In this document: positions 37,559 to 48,800 of the stretch, in pieces
Numbering within the stretch: the first letter of the stretch is position 1
Layout of the letters: the number at the start of each line of letters is the position of its first letter
From: Armatimonadota bacterium
GTDB lineage: Bacteria > Armatimonadota > HRBIN16
Assembly (NCBI GenBank): GCA_963677485.1
Contig: OY781964.1
Coordinates: forward strand, 1,792,001 to 1,856,000
Reading direction: 5' to 3'
Length of the DNA: 64,000 nucleotides
Made by a program: the position numbers and the translations under genes
The notes under the pieces: model-generated
Seen by the model: the letters and a program-made list of their open reading frames with translations, nothing else
What the model was told of the DNA's origin: nothing
Databases searched by the model: none

Positions 37559-39280
37559 CTATATTTTCTTCGTGGTGTATGCGACTGTAGAATCGAACAG
37601 CCGGCTTTCGGGCATATCTGTTGGGCAAACCTCCAGAACGGCTGCCGTTACACGCTCATCGCGATGCTGCTGCAGGTGATCGAACCGCTGCTCCTGGGTC
37701 AGATTGCGCATGCGAGCCTGGTAGGCCTTCAAGACAGCGGCGATCTTTGATACGACTCTGTTGGGCCGATGAACCAGCAGCGCGCTCGCGATGCAGAGTG
37801 TCGCCAACACCATCGGCAGAGTACGCACTGCGGATTCAACGTTGTTGATGTCCCTAAGCATCAGCAGCGAAATTCCAGCGGGTAGTAGTGACCACAGTGG
37901 GCCGTTTTTCAGGCGTGAAAGCTGAGCGCCATACCCAAGTATCAATGTAGCCATCAACAAATAGAGGGTTCCCGTGGTGTTGCCTAAATATGTAGCCGCA
38001 TAAATTGGTAATCCGTAGGCTTGTCTTGCCAACACTATAGCCGCAATGCTGCACACCAAACTGAATATCAACGGCCACATCCTCATCTCCTGACAGTGCA
38101 GCCACTTGCTGCCTTTCATGTATATATCGATGGCCGTAATGGCAGCCGTCGGGTAATCTAACCGGCACCGTTGAGGTTCAGTGGATGGAACTGGGCTGGG
38201 CTTGACACTGCGTGACAAGAGATCCACGTCTATGTAGTCGGCATTCGTCAATGGCCAATGTGAGATAGAGACGGTGGGGTTGTCGTAGGTCACATCGATC
38301 GTAATATGCTCAAGCTGCACCAGTTGTGTGAGCCCCGCGGCGGCGGCCATCGAATATTGCTCTGGCTCCAAAGCAAGGCTGCACATAGAGGCCGACAGAT
38401 CGGGCAGATCGCCATCCACCGGTGGTTTCCGCTTATTACGAATGTAGGCAAGGGATAGTTGGTACAGATAGCTCCCTAACACGACCAAGCTCAGCATCAC
38501 CGCAAGCATCATCTTGATGGGTATCTGCGATATGTAGGTCTGATTTGGTTTCGGCGCGCGACCCTTCAGCGTGCCGTCCCATGTGACATGCATCAGTGTG
38601 TTGCGATCGCCGTAGTATTTGTAAATTGACGGCTTGCCATCAAGAGGAACCACTCGATCGAGTTTGTCTGGGTTACTGGACTCAAACAGCTCCGCAGTGG
38701 CTGGTAATGGCCGATTCGTGCTGTCGAACAAGCGGATGTCCTGATGCGGCAAGGCCAGACACGGAAGGATCGGGATTTCGATCCACAGGTTGCATTTCCC
38801 TTGTTTTGAAGATGCCAGTCCGGTTTGCGTGGTCGTGATCCTCACGCGGTGGTTACCGTCTGTCAAGTTCCAGGGAATGGCGAGCTCGTCATATTCGGCC
38901 CTGTCGGTGATCTGAGGTAGAACCTCTTTACCATCAATCTGCACAGTGGCCGATTTCAGGCGTTGCGTGGTCGAAAGCAATTCCAAGCTATCAAAAGTGC
39001 GCGGGTAACGTAACATGAGGCTCTTTGTGCGCTCACTCACAGTCGCCACCGCATCGATAGAGACCTTCGCGTCACCCCATTTATCAACCCGGATGTGTAA
39101 ACTCCCAGTGCCGTAGAAGGGCACCGGATCAAACTTTTTATCTTTATAGCCAGGATTCACCACTAATGAGACGAGTATCAGAATCGCTGCCGTCAGCGTG
39201 ATTGGGGTAAACGTGGTCGCCCATGGTGAGCCTGGTCTGCGGTGATGATCTGACTGCTCTGCTTTGGTGCGGTGTTCCAA
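37559..39280 (-). CDS. membrane protein of unknown function (DUF2207-like topology)
   Basis: N-terminal TM, extracellular domain, central TM, multiple C-terminal TMs. Confidence 0.55.
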   Translation of the reverse strand: MEHRTKAEQSDHHRRPGSPWATTFTPITLTAAILILVSLVVNPGYKDKKFDPVPFYGTGSLHIRVDKWGDAKVSIDAVATVSERTKSLMLRYPRTFDSLELLSTTQRLKSATVQIDGKEVLPQITDRAEYDELAIPWNLTDGNHRVRITTTQTGLASSKQGKCNLWIEIPILPCLALPHQDIRLFDSTNRPLPATAELFESSNPDKLDRVVPLDGKPSIYKYYGDRNTLMHVTWDGTLKGRAPKPNQTYISQIPIKMMLAVMLSLVVLGSYLYQLSLAYIRNKRKPPVDGDLPDLSASMCSLALEPEQYSMAAAAGLTQLVQLEHITIDVTYDNPTVSISHWPLTNADYIDVDLLSRSVKPSPVPSTEPQRCRLDYPTAAITAIDIYMKGSKWLHCQEMRMWPLIFSLVCSIAAIVLARQAYGLPIYAATYLGNTTGTLYLLMATLILGYGAQLSRLKNGPLWSLLPAGISLLMLRDINNVESAVRTLPMVLATLCIASALLVHRPNRVVSKIAAVLKAYQARMRNLTQEQRFDHLQQHRDERVTAAVLEVCPTDMPESRLFDSTVAYTTKKI

Positions 39281-39399
39281 TCCAATACTCCTAAAATGAA
39301 ACTGCTGGTTGGCTCATCTGCGTTGTGACTTCTGCCCATTGGCTGCAAACGTCGCCCGATGCCGATGGAAGTATACCGTATTTATTGGGTTTTGGTGTC

Positions 39400-39530
39400 T
39401 ATTTGTGTGTATTCGTGGTTAACCGAAGACAAGTAGGACGAGTAGGTCGAGTAGGACAAGTGCCGTAACCTCCGCGCCCTCCGCGTCTCCGCGTGAGATT
39501 CCCGCCCTCTTCCGCGGCTTCGCGTGAGCT
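39400..39530. repeat. mosaic of 9-bp-periodic repeat arms
   Basis: ATTCGTGGTTAA, (GACGAGTAG)n and CCTCCGCG..CTCCGCGTGA arms; similar to 42445-42520. Confidence 0.65.
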
Positions 39531-39539
39531 AACCGCCCG

Positions 39540-42251
39540 TCACTGCTTTCGCTTCAGCACGGTGATGCCGCCTGCGGGGGCGGGGCCAGTAGTCGCCCCA
39601 CTGAGCACCAGCCGGATGTTGTGCAGACCAGCGGGCACGGTGACCCACAGCCCCTTCACGGAGGCCTCGTAGATGACAGCCAGCCCTGTCTGCTTCACGC
39701 CATCCAGCCACACCTCAGGAACCGTGCTGAGGCCCATCACCTGCACCTTGCCGTCGCGCCAGAGCTCCACATTGAAGCTCACCGCATCCTTCTGCACCGA
39801 GGTGTCCGCCAGCCAACGGCCGGGCAATTGAAGCCCGATGCCCAGATTGCGATAGATTCGATAATCCCAAAGCGGTTTGCCGGTGTAGTATGGCACCGCC
39901 AGCGAAAAGACCATCGCTGGGTTTATGGCCACCCCATTCTGTGTCTGCGAACGCAGATTATACGAGTCCGGCAGCCAGCCTTCGAACTGCGGGTCGAAAC
40001 TCTTCGTAAATCCCTGTTGGATTCCGCTGGCTGTAATACCCCGCCAAAGCTGGTTCCACGGGCCGGTGGGGTCAAAACGCTCCAGCCGCCGGATGGCATC
40101 CGCATAGAACAGGCCGCACCACTGCACCGGCAAACCTGTCCAGCTACCCGTCCAGTTGGTGGCTCCCAGAACCGGGATGGTGGCATAGGGTCCGACCGCG
40201 CCCTCAGTGGGGTTGACCAGGTAGACGAACGGCACGCCCGTCCAAGCCCAAGTGATCGCACGGCTTAGAAGTTGCTGGTCACCGGTCAACTCATAGGCAT
40301 AGAGATAGGCAATGCACATCCAGCCGCTGGCCATGATGTCTGGGGTATGCAGCGGCACCTCCCAGGTCTGTGCACCACGTGGAGCCTGGTCATCGTAGAT
40401 CGAAAGCAGACGGCAAAGCTTCACCGCCTCCTGCTGCAAGCCCGCATCGCCGGAGAACACGGCGTGCTTCAGGGCCTGGGCAATCTGCTGACCTGACATG
40501 CCGTTCGCGTGGTCGGCCCAGTGCGTGCGGCCGTAGTTTGTGCCGGTGGCCGGGGGAACATAGGGCACAGTGCCATCAGCCCGCACTGGAGCCAGGAAAC
40601 CGGGTGCTTGTGCCTTGGAACTCTGCACATTCTGCAGCCAGTTGCCGTAGATCAACGAGGGGATGGGATAGGCGTTGCTGGCAATACCCCAGTTGTTTAT
40701 AGCCGCATCGGGAATGTCCTCCCAGGAGGGCGTCACCACCGGCTGCAAGCGGGCCTGCAGGATCGCATCGGTGGTGTTTCTCGCCAACCAGTCGATGTTA
40801 TAAGCTACCTCGCTACTGTATTGTGGGCTCCAGGTGGCACCATACCAGGCGAGTGGGCGGTATTGGCTTCCCACTTTTTGGCCGGTATCCAGCCATCCGG
40901 CACTGGTGAGTTTGATATAACCCTGCAGATCATAACCCGGGTTGGGCAGCGGACACAGGCCGTATCGTGCCACGTAGGCCTGCATGGAGGGCACCACATT
41001 ACTGCCCTCTCCGGCTTTGATGCTAAACCTGCCGGTATAGCTCTGACCAGCCGCCAGCGGCTCTGGGATCTGCGAGATGGGGTTCATCTGGTCGCGCGTG
41101 GTCTGCTCCCAGTCGCTCAGTATCGCCCCCATCAGGTGCTTGCCGCTGTTGAACAGGCGGTCGGGGGTATCGTATACCGGCTGCACCTGTCGGTTTTGCT
41201 GCCAGTTCAAGCTGATCCACCTGCCGTTGGCCTGCATACTCATCATAGGAAAAGTGAGCTTCTCGGGATCGGGCACCCGCCGCTTAGCGTCTTCGCACTC
41301 AAAATCGGCCCGGCTGCTGCTGGTGTCCTGCGGGTCGAGATACTCCATGCCGGGCAGAAGGCCCCGCTCGCGCGCTTCGGGGAACATCATACACAGCGGG
41401 AGGAAGTAGATACTGCGCGGTCGGTCCACGCAGACCGTGCTGGTCAGGTCGATGCTGTTGGTCTCCACAGATGGGGTAAAGCTCTGCGTGAACCGCCAGA
41501 TGGCCCCGTCGGGGTCGGTGAAGATGCTGAACACTGTGATCGCACCGTTCTGCAACTGAACGGAGGTCGGGGCCGACTGCATATCTACCCAGACCGCGCT
41601 GCCGGAGCTGTTCTGGTAGCATAGCCACGGCCGATCCCACCCAACCGCCATGCGGTTGCCGTTGTATTCCAGCACGTAGCGTCCCAATTGGGTCGCGCTG
41701 TGTGCCAGGTTCAGGCGTCCGCTGCTGATGCGCAGCGCACCCTCACCGGGTTCCTGGCCTGACGCCCCGCCCCAAGCGGGACTGGGCACATCGATGAGCT
41801 CCTGGAAGCGGATCCACTGCACCCAGCACTTGCCTGTGCTGCCGGGAGGGTCCAGCCGCAAAGCGCTCTGCGCGGGCAGGGCGGGCAGCTTCATCTTGAT
41901 CTCTCGCCAACTGCCTTTGGGCACCAAGAAGCTCACCTCATTACCGCCCACCGGCCCGTTCGGCTTGGTGAACCAGAAAAACTCACCAACGCCGCCCGCC
42001 TCCGAGAAGATGCGGATGGTCGCCAGCAGTGGACGGTTGGTGAAATCGCGCCATGGGCCGCTGAGGAAGGGGTCGATGCCGCTCAACGCCAGCTCCATGC
42101 CTTTGCCCTCGACGTAGCTTTGGCTGCTGATATCATGCGCGCCGGTCCAGGCCGCCACATCCGCGGGGCCGGTGAATTCGTAACTTGGTAAAGCTGCCCA
42201 AGCAGTTGCAGTGCAGTATATGAAGCATAGGAAGGCGATGAAGCGTCGCAT
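39540..42251 (-). CDS. large exported protein, possible glycoside hydrolase/lyase with alpha-barrel C-terminus
   Basis: Signal peptide; Trp/Tyr-rich; PRGAQTWEVPLHTPDI segment; family not assignable by eye. Confidence 0.6.
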   Translation of the reverse strand: MRRFIAFLCFIYCTATAWAALPSYEFTGPADVAAWTGAHDISSQSYVEGKGMELALSGIDPFLSGPWRDFTNRPLLATIRIFSEAGGVGEFFWFTKPNGPVGGNEVSFLVPKGSWREIKMKLPALPAQSALRLDPPGSTGKCWVQWIRFQELIDVPSPAWGGASGQEPGEGALRISSGRLNLAHSATQLGRYVLEYNGNRMAVGWDRPWLCYQNSSGSAVWVDMQSAPTSVQLQNGAITVFSIFTDPDGAIWRFTQSFTPSVETNSIDLTSTVCVDRPRSIYFLPLCMMFPEARERGLLPGMEYLDPQDTSSSRADFECEDAKRRVPDPEKLTFPMMSMQANGRWISLNWQQNRQVQPVYDTPDRLFNSGKHLMGAILSDWEQTTRDQMNPISQIPEPLAAGQSYTGRFSIKAGEGSNVVPSMQAYVARYGLCPLPNPGYDLQGYIKLTSAGWLDTGQKVGSQYRPLAWYGATWSPQYSSEVAYNIDWLARNTTDAILQARLQPVVTPSWEDIPDAAINNWGIASNAYPIPSLIYGNWLQNVQSSKAQAPGFLAPVRADGTVPYVPPATGTNYGRTHWADHANGMSGQQIAQALKHAVFSGDAGLQQEAVKLCRLLSIYDDQAPRGAQTWEVPLHTPDIMASGWMCIAYLYAYELTGDQQLLSRAITWAWTGVPFVYLVNPTEGAVGPYATIPVLGATNWTGSWTGLPVQWCGLFYADAIRRLERFDPTGPWNQLWRGITASGIQQGFTKSFDPQFEGWLPDSYNLRSQTQNGVAINPAMVFSLAVPYYTGKPLWDYRIYRNLGIGLQLPGRWLADTSVQKDAVSFNVELWRDGKVQVMGLSTVPEVWLDGVKQTGLAVIYEASVKGLWVTVPAGLHNIRLVLSGATTGPAPAGGITVLKRKQ

Positions 42252-42309
42252 AATGACCTCCTGAGACCGGGTGTACGGTATCAGTATACCCATTCTGGAT
42301 TGAGCAGAT

Positions 42310-42555
42310 GGGATTCAACGCAAGGGCGCAAAGAAGCAAAGGCGCAAAGGTATGTGACCGAACCGGGTGGTCGGTTTGACATTGCTTGGCCGATTACCAT
42401 TGCATCCTTTGCCCCTCTGCGCCTTTGCGTTAAGTATTGGCTATTCGTGTCCATTCGTGTCCATTCGTGGTTAACGAGCCACAACAAGACGAGTAGGATG
42501 AGTAGGACGAGTAGGACAAGGGTTGGCTGCAGCCATTCGTGTTTTCGTGGTTAAG
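42310..42555. repeat. palindromic element with periodic arms plus extra half-arms
   Basis: AACGCAAGGGCGCAAAG...CTGCGCCTTTGCGTT inverted arms; similar element at 62610-62776. Confidence 0.7.
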
Positions 42556-42574
42556 CGATTACTACCCCCTATAA

Positions 42575-42610
42575 CAAAAAGGCCGGTGCGGGTTTGCCGC
42601 ACCGGCCTTA
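42575..42610 (-). terminator. intrinsic terminator
   Basis: AGGCCGGTGCGG/CCGCACCGGCCT stem with T tail on the minus strand. Confidence 0.8.
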
Positions 42611-42625
42611 GGGTCTATGGCCTGA

Positions 42626-42937
42626 CTATTCGAACATCTCGAAGATGCCGCCCAGGAACCCCTTCTTCTTTTGTTTACGGGGATCGGTGCTGCCACCACG
42701 ATGGTCGTCGTCATCACCGAATCGATGACCTCGATGATCGTCATCATCATCGTCGTCGTCACGATCTCGTCGGATCGACCGGTCATCCAGGCTTCCGCTG
42801 CCGCGTAGTTCAAGCTGCATCAGCTTCTCCAACTCACCGCGGTCCAGCCATACACCTTTGCATTGGGGGCATACGTCGATCTCGATTCCGCTTCTATCTA
42901 CTGCGCGAAGCGTATTGTTGCATACGGGGCACTGCAT
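42626..42937 (-). CDS. zf-TFIIB zinc-ribbon protein
   Basis: MQCPVC...EIDVCPQCKGVWLDRGELEKL...KKKGFLGGIF. Confidence 0.9.
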   Translation of the reverse strand: MQCPVCNNTLRAVDRSGIEIDVCPQCKGVWLDRGELEKLMQLELRGSGSLDDRSIRRDRDDDDDDDDHRGHRFGDDDDHRGGSTDPRKQKKKGFLGGIFEMFE

Positions 42938-42968
42938 CGGGCACTCTCCAGTATTTGTGTTGGGTCTA

Positions 42969-43745
42969 CTAGAAACTACGCAAATACTCGATGGCCCGTT
43001 TCACGTCACCGATGGGATCATCGCCCGCTTCACGCTCGATGGTGTAGGCTCCGTTGTAGCCATGGGCCTTCAGAGTGCCGATATAGCCTGGCCACGGCAC
43101 ATCACCCTCGCCTATCGGGGCTTCCCGCCACTTGCCAGGATCGACATAACCATCTTTGGCATGGGTATGCACGATGTAGGGCATCAGCGCATCAACCGCC
43201 TCGAACAGGTCGTAGCCCGCCATGGTCAGGTTGGCCGGGTCGAAGTTGACCCGCACCGCACTCGTCTTCAGTGTTTCGAGGAAAGCGCGCAGCACAGGGC
43301 CGCTCTCGGGGCCGGTTTCGGTGGCGAAGACCACGCCCTTGTCTTCCGCATACTTGCCGATTTGGTTCAGCGCATCAGCCATCACTTCCCATGTGGCATC
43401 GGGCTTCGATGGCACCGTGCCGATGTGCGTGGTGATGATGCCCACACCCAGATCACGGGCCAAGTCAACCTGAGCCTGCAGCATCGGGATAAGCTGCTTG
43501 TTGCGCTCCGCATCCACCATGCCCAGACCGAAGTCCGCGCAGGTGGCGGAGATCGTCAGGCCAAGATCCGCCACAAACTGCTTGAACTCCGCACGGGCCG
43601 CCGCGTCACAGTTCTCAGGTAGAAGCTCTCCGGTGGTGGTAAATATCTGGAAGCTGCTCAGTCCCAGCTCTTTGACTTTTCGTATACCGTCGCGAAGGGG
43701 CAGTTTTAGGTTATCTGCAAACACACCGATCTGTAGACTACTCAT
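42969..43745 (-). CDS. sugar phosphate isomerase/epimerase (xylose isomerase-like TIM barrel)
   Basis: ETGPE, NFDPANL, HTHAKD, GEGDVPW, TIERE. Confidence 0.88.
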   Translation of the reverse strand: MSSLQIGVFADNLKLPLRDGIRKVKELGLSSFQIFTTTGELLPENCDAAARAEFKQFVADLGLTISATCADFGLGMVDAERNKQLIPMLQAQVDLARDLGVGIITTHIGTVPSKPDATWEVMADALNQIGKYAEDKGVVFATETGPESGPVLRAFLETLKTSAVRVNFDPANLTMAGYDLFEAVDALMPYIVHTHAKDGYVDPGKWREAPIGEGDVPWPGYIGTLKAHGYNGAYTIEREAGDDPIGDVKRAIEYLRSF

Positions 43746-43777
43746 TGAATATCTCCTGCATTCCGATCTCGTAACAA

Positions 43778-44815
43778 CTATATTTTAACCGGCTCGCCGG
43801 TCTCTGCGCTCTTGTACAGGGCATCCAGTATCTCCATCACGATCAAGCCCTCTTCGCCGGTGGCGGGGTGAGGGGTGTCGGTCTTGATGGCTTCCAGGAA
43901 GGTGTACATCGCGCCGTGTGATCCTGGAACAGGCGGGTGGAGCGTCATATCGAACTGGCATCCGGCCCGCTCGACGAAGAGCTCCGCCTCAAAGTCGTAT
44001 CCCTGGTTGCGGTTGCGCTGCACCAGGCCGCCCTCGGTGCCCAGCAGACGGGTTTCCATCAGCTCATTTTCCTTGATGTTGGAGGCCCAGCTCGCCTCTA
44101 CCTCAAGGGTGGCGCCGTTCTCAAAGCGGATCATGCCCACCGCCATATCTTCCACGGTGTATTCCTTGCCGTTCTGCTTGGCCAGTTTGCTGGCGATGTG
44201 GTTATATGCACCCGCCAAAACCCACTTCGGCTTGGGATATCCCATCAGCCACAAGGCCAGGTCCAGGCGATGCACACCCAGGTCGATCAGCGGACCGCCC
44301 CCGGCGAGCTCTTTGCTGGTAAACCAGCCGCCCATACCTGGGATGCCGCGCCGGCGCAGCCAGATGGTGCGCGCGAAATAGATGTCGCCCAAAATTCCGG
44401 TCTCAACTTGCGCCTTGAGTGCCTGGCTCTGCTCGGAGAATCGGTAGCTGAAGTCGATCATCAGCCGCTTTTTCGCATTTTTGCTGGCAGCCAGCATCTC
44501 GCGTGCTTCGTCGGCGCTCATCGCCATCGGCTTCTCACACAGAACGTGGCATCCGGCTTTGAAACCGGCCACGGTCACCTCTTTATGCACCGAGTTGGGG
44601 GTGCAGACGCTCAGCACATCCAGCTTCTCTTTGGCCAGCATCTCTTTATAATCGGTGTATCGGTTAGCCGCGTTCAGGTTGTCTGCCACCGTCTTCAGGC
44701 GGTCGGGGTTCATGTCGCACAGGGCCACAATCTCCGCTGAGGGGTGCGTCAGATAGCCGTTGGCGTGGTGCTGGCCGATGCCCAGACCCACGATACCTAT
44801 TCTTATTTTCTTCAA
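43778..44815 (-). CDS. Gfo/Idh/MocA family oxidoreductase
   Basis: IGIVGLG, HVLCEKPMA, GGGPLIDLGVH. Confidence 0.93.
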   Translation of the reverse strand: MKKIRIGIVGLGIGQHHANGYLTHPSAEIVALCDMNPDRLKTVADNLNAANRYTDYKEMLAKEKLDVLSVCTPNSVHKEVTVAGFKAGCHVLCEKPMAMSADEAREMLAASKNAKKRLMIDFSYRFSEQSQALKAQVETGILGDIYFARTIWLRRRGIPGMGGWFTSKELAGGGPLIDLGVHRLDLALWLMGYPKPKWVLAGAYNHIASKLAKQNGKEYTVEDMAVGMIRFENGATLEVEASWASNIKENELMETRLLGTEGGLVQRNRNQGYDFEAELFVERAGCQFDMTLHPPVPGSHGAMYTFLEAIKTDTPHPATGEEGLIVMEILDALYKSAETGEPVKI

Positions 44816-44970
44816 AATGAGTGCTCCTTATCGCCGAATTATCTGCGGTTTCGGTTCATGATATATCACCGCCCGGGTAATTTCAATAGGTGGGGTAATG
44901 TGGGGTATATACCATCAGCCTATGTGTATGAGTTTGCCAATTAGCCAAATGTCATGGCTCAGCCTTGTTT

Positions 44971-45827
44971 GCCTATGTCCGGGGCGGTCTGTCGGTACGC
45001 TAACACTAACAGAAGGCTGTAGACCGCGCCGGTCTGGCGGATAGCCGGAATTCGCTTGACCCGCATGAACAAGACCGGCGCGGTTAGGGAAAACCGCCCC
45101 GGACAATGGCAATTGGTTGTTTTAGGAAGTCATGAAGGACTATGTCCGGAGCGGTCTGTCGGTACACTAACACTGACAGAAGGCCTCAGACCGCGCCGGT
45201 CTGGCGGATAGCCGGAATTCGCTGGACCCGTATGAACAAGACCGGCGCGGTTAGGGAAAACCGCCCCGGACAATGGCAATTGGTTGATTCGGGAAGTCAT
45301 GAATGCCTATGTCTGGGGCGGTCTGTCGGTACGCTAACACTGACAGAAGGCCGTAGACCGTGCCGGTCTGGCGGATAGCCTCAGTTCTCTTGACCCGATG
45401 AACAAGACCGGCGCGGTTAGGAAAAACCGCCCCGGACAATGGTAATTGGTTGTTTTAGGAAGTCATGAATGCCTATGTCCGGGGCGGTCTGTCGGTACGC
45501 TAACACTAACAGAAGGCTGTAGACCGCGCCGGTCTGGCGGATAACCTCAGTTCTCTTGACCCGATGAACAAGACCGGCGCGGTTAGGGAAAACCGCCCCG
45601 GACAATGGCAATTGGTAGTTTTAGGAAGTCATGAAGGACTATGTCCGGGGCGGTCTGTCGGTACGCTAACACTGACAGAAGGCTGTAGACCGCGCCGGTC
45701 TGGCGGATAGCCTCAGTTCTCTTGACCCGCATGAACAACACCGGCGCGGTTAGGGAAAACCGCCCCGGACAGTGGCAATTGGTTGTTTTATGAAGTCATG
45801 AATGCCTTTGTCCGGGCGGTCTGTCGG
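44971..45827. repeat. tandem array of five ~167-bp palindromic units plus a partial sixth
   Basis: Unit starts near 44973, 45140, 45307, 45473, 45639 and 45806; each has outer TGTCCGGGGCGGT/ACCGCCCCGGACA and inner ACCGCGCCGGTCT/AGACCGGCGCGGT inverted repeats. Confidence 0.95.
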
Positions 45828-45837
45828 CCGATGAATC

Positions 45838-45867
45838 TGGGGCAAGCACGGGGGCTTGCCCCTACGG
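45838..45867. repeat. REP-like palindrome
   Basis: GGGGCAAGC..GCTTGCCCCTAC (GTAG-type end). Confidence 0.65.
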
Positions 45868-45871
45868 TTCG

Positions 45872-48800
45872 CTACTTCACGCTGAGCTCCACGCGGCCCG
45901 ATAAGCCGGTGAGGTCGATTAGCCCAGTCTTCGCATCGAAGTGGCTCCAGGCCTGACCATTTACGGTGACCGCCTTGATTTTGCCCATGGGCACGCACAG
46001 CTCCACGCGAGCTGGCTTCAGATCGCCCGTGGGTATCTGCACAATGGCGTCCACCCGCAGAGGCTTCTGCTGGGGCCGCAGTTCATAGCTCACCACGCCA
46101 AAACGGGTGGGCAGGTTCTTTACCACGACTGGTTTGTCACCCTTCATCCAGTCTGACGGGATGAACGGAGCCAGCCGTAGGGTGTCGTCGAAGTCGGTGA
46201 CCATCATCATGCGGCTCTGGTGCAAGAACCCGCCTGTTTCGTGCGTCTTGTTGAAGGCGCCTGGGAAGAAGTGCTCCCAAACGGAGAGGTCCTCCTTATT
46301 CAGCAGCGAGGAGATGTTGTTGAAGTAGGTGCGGATATACGCTTTGCGGTTGTCAAGCATGGCATATATCTCGGCATGGCGCGAGTAATAAGGCTGCACC
46401 TTGGCATATCCGCCGCGGTTGAACCAGTCAGCGCGGTTGCCGGCCTCGTCGTAGCGGTTCCAGCCGCTGTTGAGGAAGTAGGTGTCCTCCATGTGCTGCA
46501 GCATCGGCTCCACGGCGGCATCGGTGGCCGCCATCACGCCAAGCGGTACCATATGGTGTGATCCCAGTTCTACGTCATAGGCCCAGCTTCGGCCCACATC
46601 AAAACCTGGGTAGAGGGCTGCGACAGGCCCAGGGCACAGCGCATGGGTGGGATACATGGGCACCCATCGGCCATCGGCCAGAGGCACCACCGGGGCCTGT
46701 TGGCGTATGAGGTTGAAGGAGCGCATGATGCACTCTTTCAAATCCTGTGCGTCTTTATTCAGTTTAGCCGCCTCGGGAACACCCACCGAAGCCAATGCCT
46801 TGGAGGCCGCATTCAAGCCAGCGTAATAGTAGCCGTTCAGATAGTAATAAGGCGCATACACCTCCCAGTCGGCCATCACGCCGGGGGGCATCATGCCCCA
46901 CTCGGGCACCTTGCTGCCGTCCGGGTTGGTATGCATCGTCTTGAGCCGCTGGTCGGCAATCCACTGGCTGGCGCGTGTGATGGTGGGTGCGTTTTGCTTC
47001 ACCCACTCTTGGACAGGGAAGAGCGAGGCGTATTCGCCCAGTGTCCAGAGGTGCCATCCGGTGCCCATCAGGGTGTAGCCGGTGGTGAGGTAGCCTTTGT
47101 CGTTGACCTGGTTGAGGAAGAACTGCAGGCCGCGTTGGGTGAAGTCCCCTTCACCCATGGCCATCATGCCTCGGATGACGGAGTGCGACTCGCTCTCCAA
47201 CGGACCGTAGTATGTGGACGCGATCCAGGGCACGACCAGTTTGCCTTTCTGCTCGTTGCGAGCGGCCATCCAGCAGTGGATGCGGTTGGCCTGGATAGCG
47301 TGCTGAAGCATCGGGTCGGGCAGCTCGATCTGCGCGCCGCTCTTTTCCACCGAACCCCAGTATTTGCGCAGCGAATCTGCGGGCGTGCCGAGGTTCAACT
47401 GCGCCTGAAGCTGCTGAGTCGTCATGCTAGTGCTGGGCAGTGCCAGCCATACTTTAGCACTCTGTCCCGGTTGCAGCTTGCCGGAGGCAGTATATGCTCC
47501 GCCTTCGGTAGTGCTCTTCCAGCCAGGCTGGTCGCACCCCAGATATGCGCTGTAGCCGTTAGGCAGCGCGATGGTGCTGACCGCGCCGTCACTGGTGATG
47601 GCCATCAGATTGCTGCCGACCCTGCCGCTGATCTGCACTGAGCCATCTGCAGCTTCGGTGCCGGTGTTCATGGCAGTGTATTCTGCGACGAACACCACCG
47701 CATCGCGGTACCAGGCGGGGGAACCCTGCGGTGCTTCACCGAGGGGCAGCACGGTGCTGCTCTGGTGATACTGCACTTTTCCTTCGTGGTAGGTGACCTG
47801 CGGCGAGGGCAGGTAGCCGTCCAGCATAGTCCGGCTCACGAACTCCGCTTTGGTACCCAGTTTGGGCGTGACCACCCATGGGTAACTCCGGCCGATATTT
47901 CCCTGGGTCATGGCCAGCATGGTGGGGCTCCAGTCCAGGCTGAACTCCCCGGATCGCTCCGCCAGTATCTTGTGCTGACCAGCCGCCAGTGAGAGCAGCG
48001 TGGGGCCTGCGTCCTGTTCCGGCCAGGTGAGGTGTTTGATCGCCTGGCTGAAGCTCTGCTCCGGCATCTTTTGGATGCGGGCTAGTATGGTGCTGCCGCG
48101 CTTGGTCGGAGCTCCAGCTGGCAGGGGTGCCAAACCGGCCTCCAGACTGAACTCCGGTGCCCAGATGCGCTTGTTTTTGATCATATCGTCGATGCCCAAA
48201 CCGCATCCGCCGTCACGCCACTTCAGCACCAGGCGAGAGCTGTCCTGAGGGGCATAGTTGCTATCGGCGACCAATAGTTTAAGGGTTAAAGGTGCCTTGC
48301 GATCCCACTGCACGTTCAGAGCATCGGGAGACTTCTGCAGATAGCAGTTATACAGCTCTATCGTGGTGGGAGAGCCGCTTCCGCGCAGTTGGATGGTGAG
48401 CGGCTTGAACAGCGTCCGGCTGTATGCCAGAGGCCGTCCGACCAGGGCGCTGTCGGTCACGCCGTTGATCAGCCAGCGGATCTTCAGGCTGCCCGGTGTG
48501 GAGAGGCGTGTGCTGTTGACGGTGGGGACGAACACCGCACGGCCATCCTGCAGTGACAAATCACCCTCAAATGGTTCCCAGGTGCCCTGCCATCGTGAGC
48601 CGCCACCCGTGATGTGCTTAGTCTCCCACACCCAGTGCTGCACACTGATCTGCGAGAGTTTGATTCCGCTGCTGGCGGGAACCGGCAGCTCCATCTTGCT
48701 CAGTTTGCGCCGTTCGATCCACTCCAGCCCGACACAGCCGAGTCCATTGATGGGGTTGAGCTTCACCATCCCGGCCGAGTTGGCCTTCAGAGGCGTGCCC

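Noticed and set aside
44971-45827. CRISPR array
   Set aside because: Units are ~167 bp and nearly identical throughout, with no unique spacers and no cas genes.
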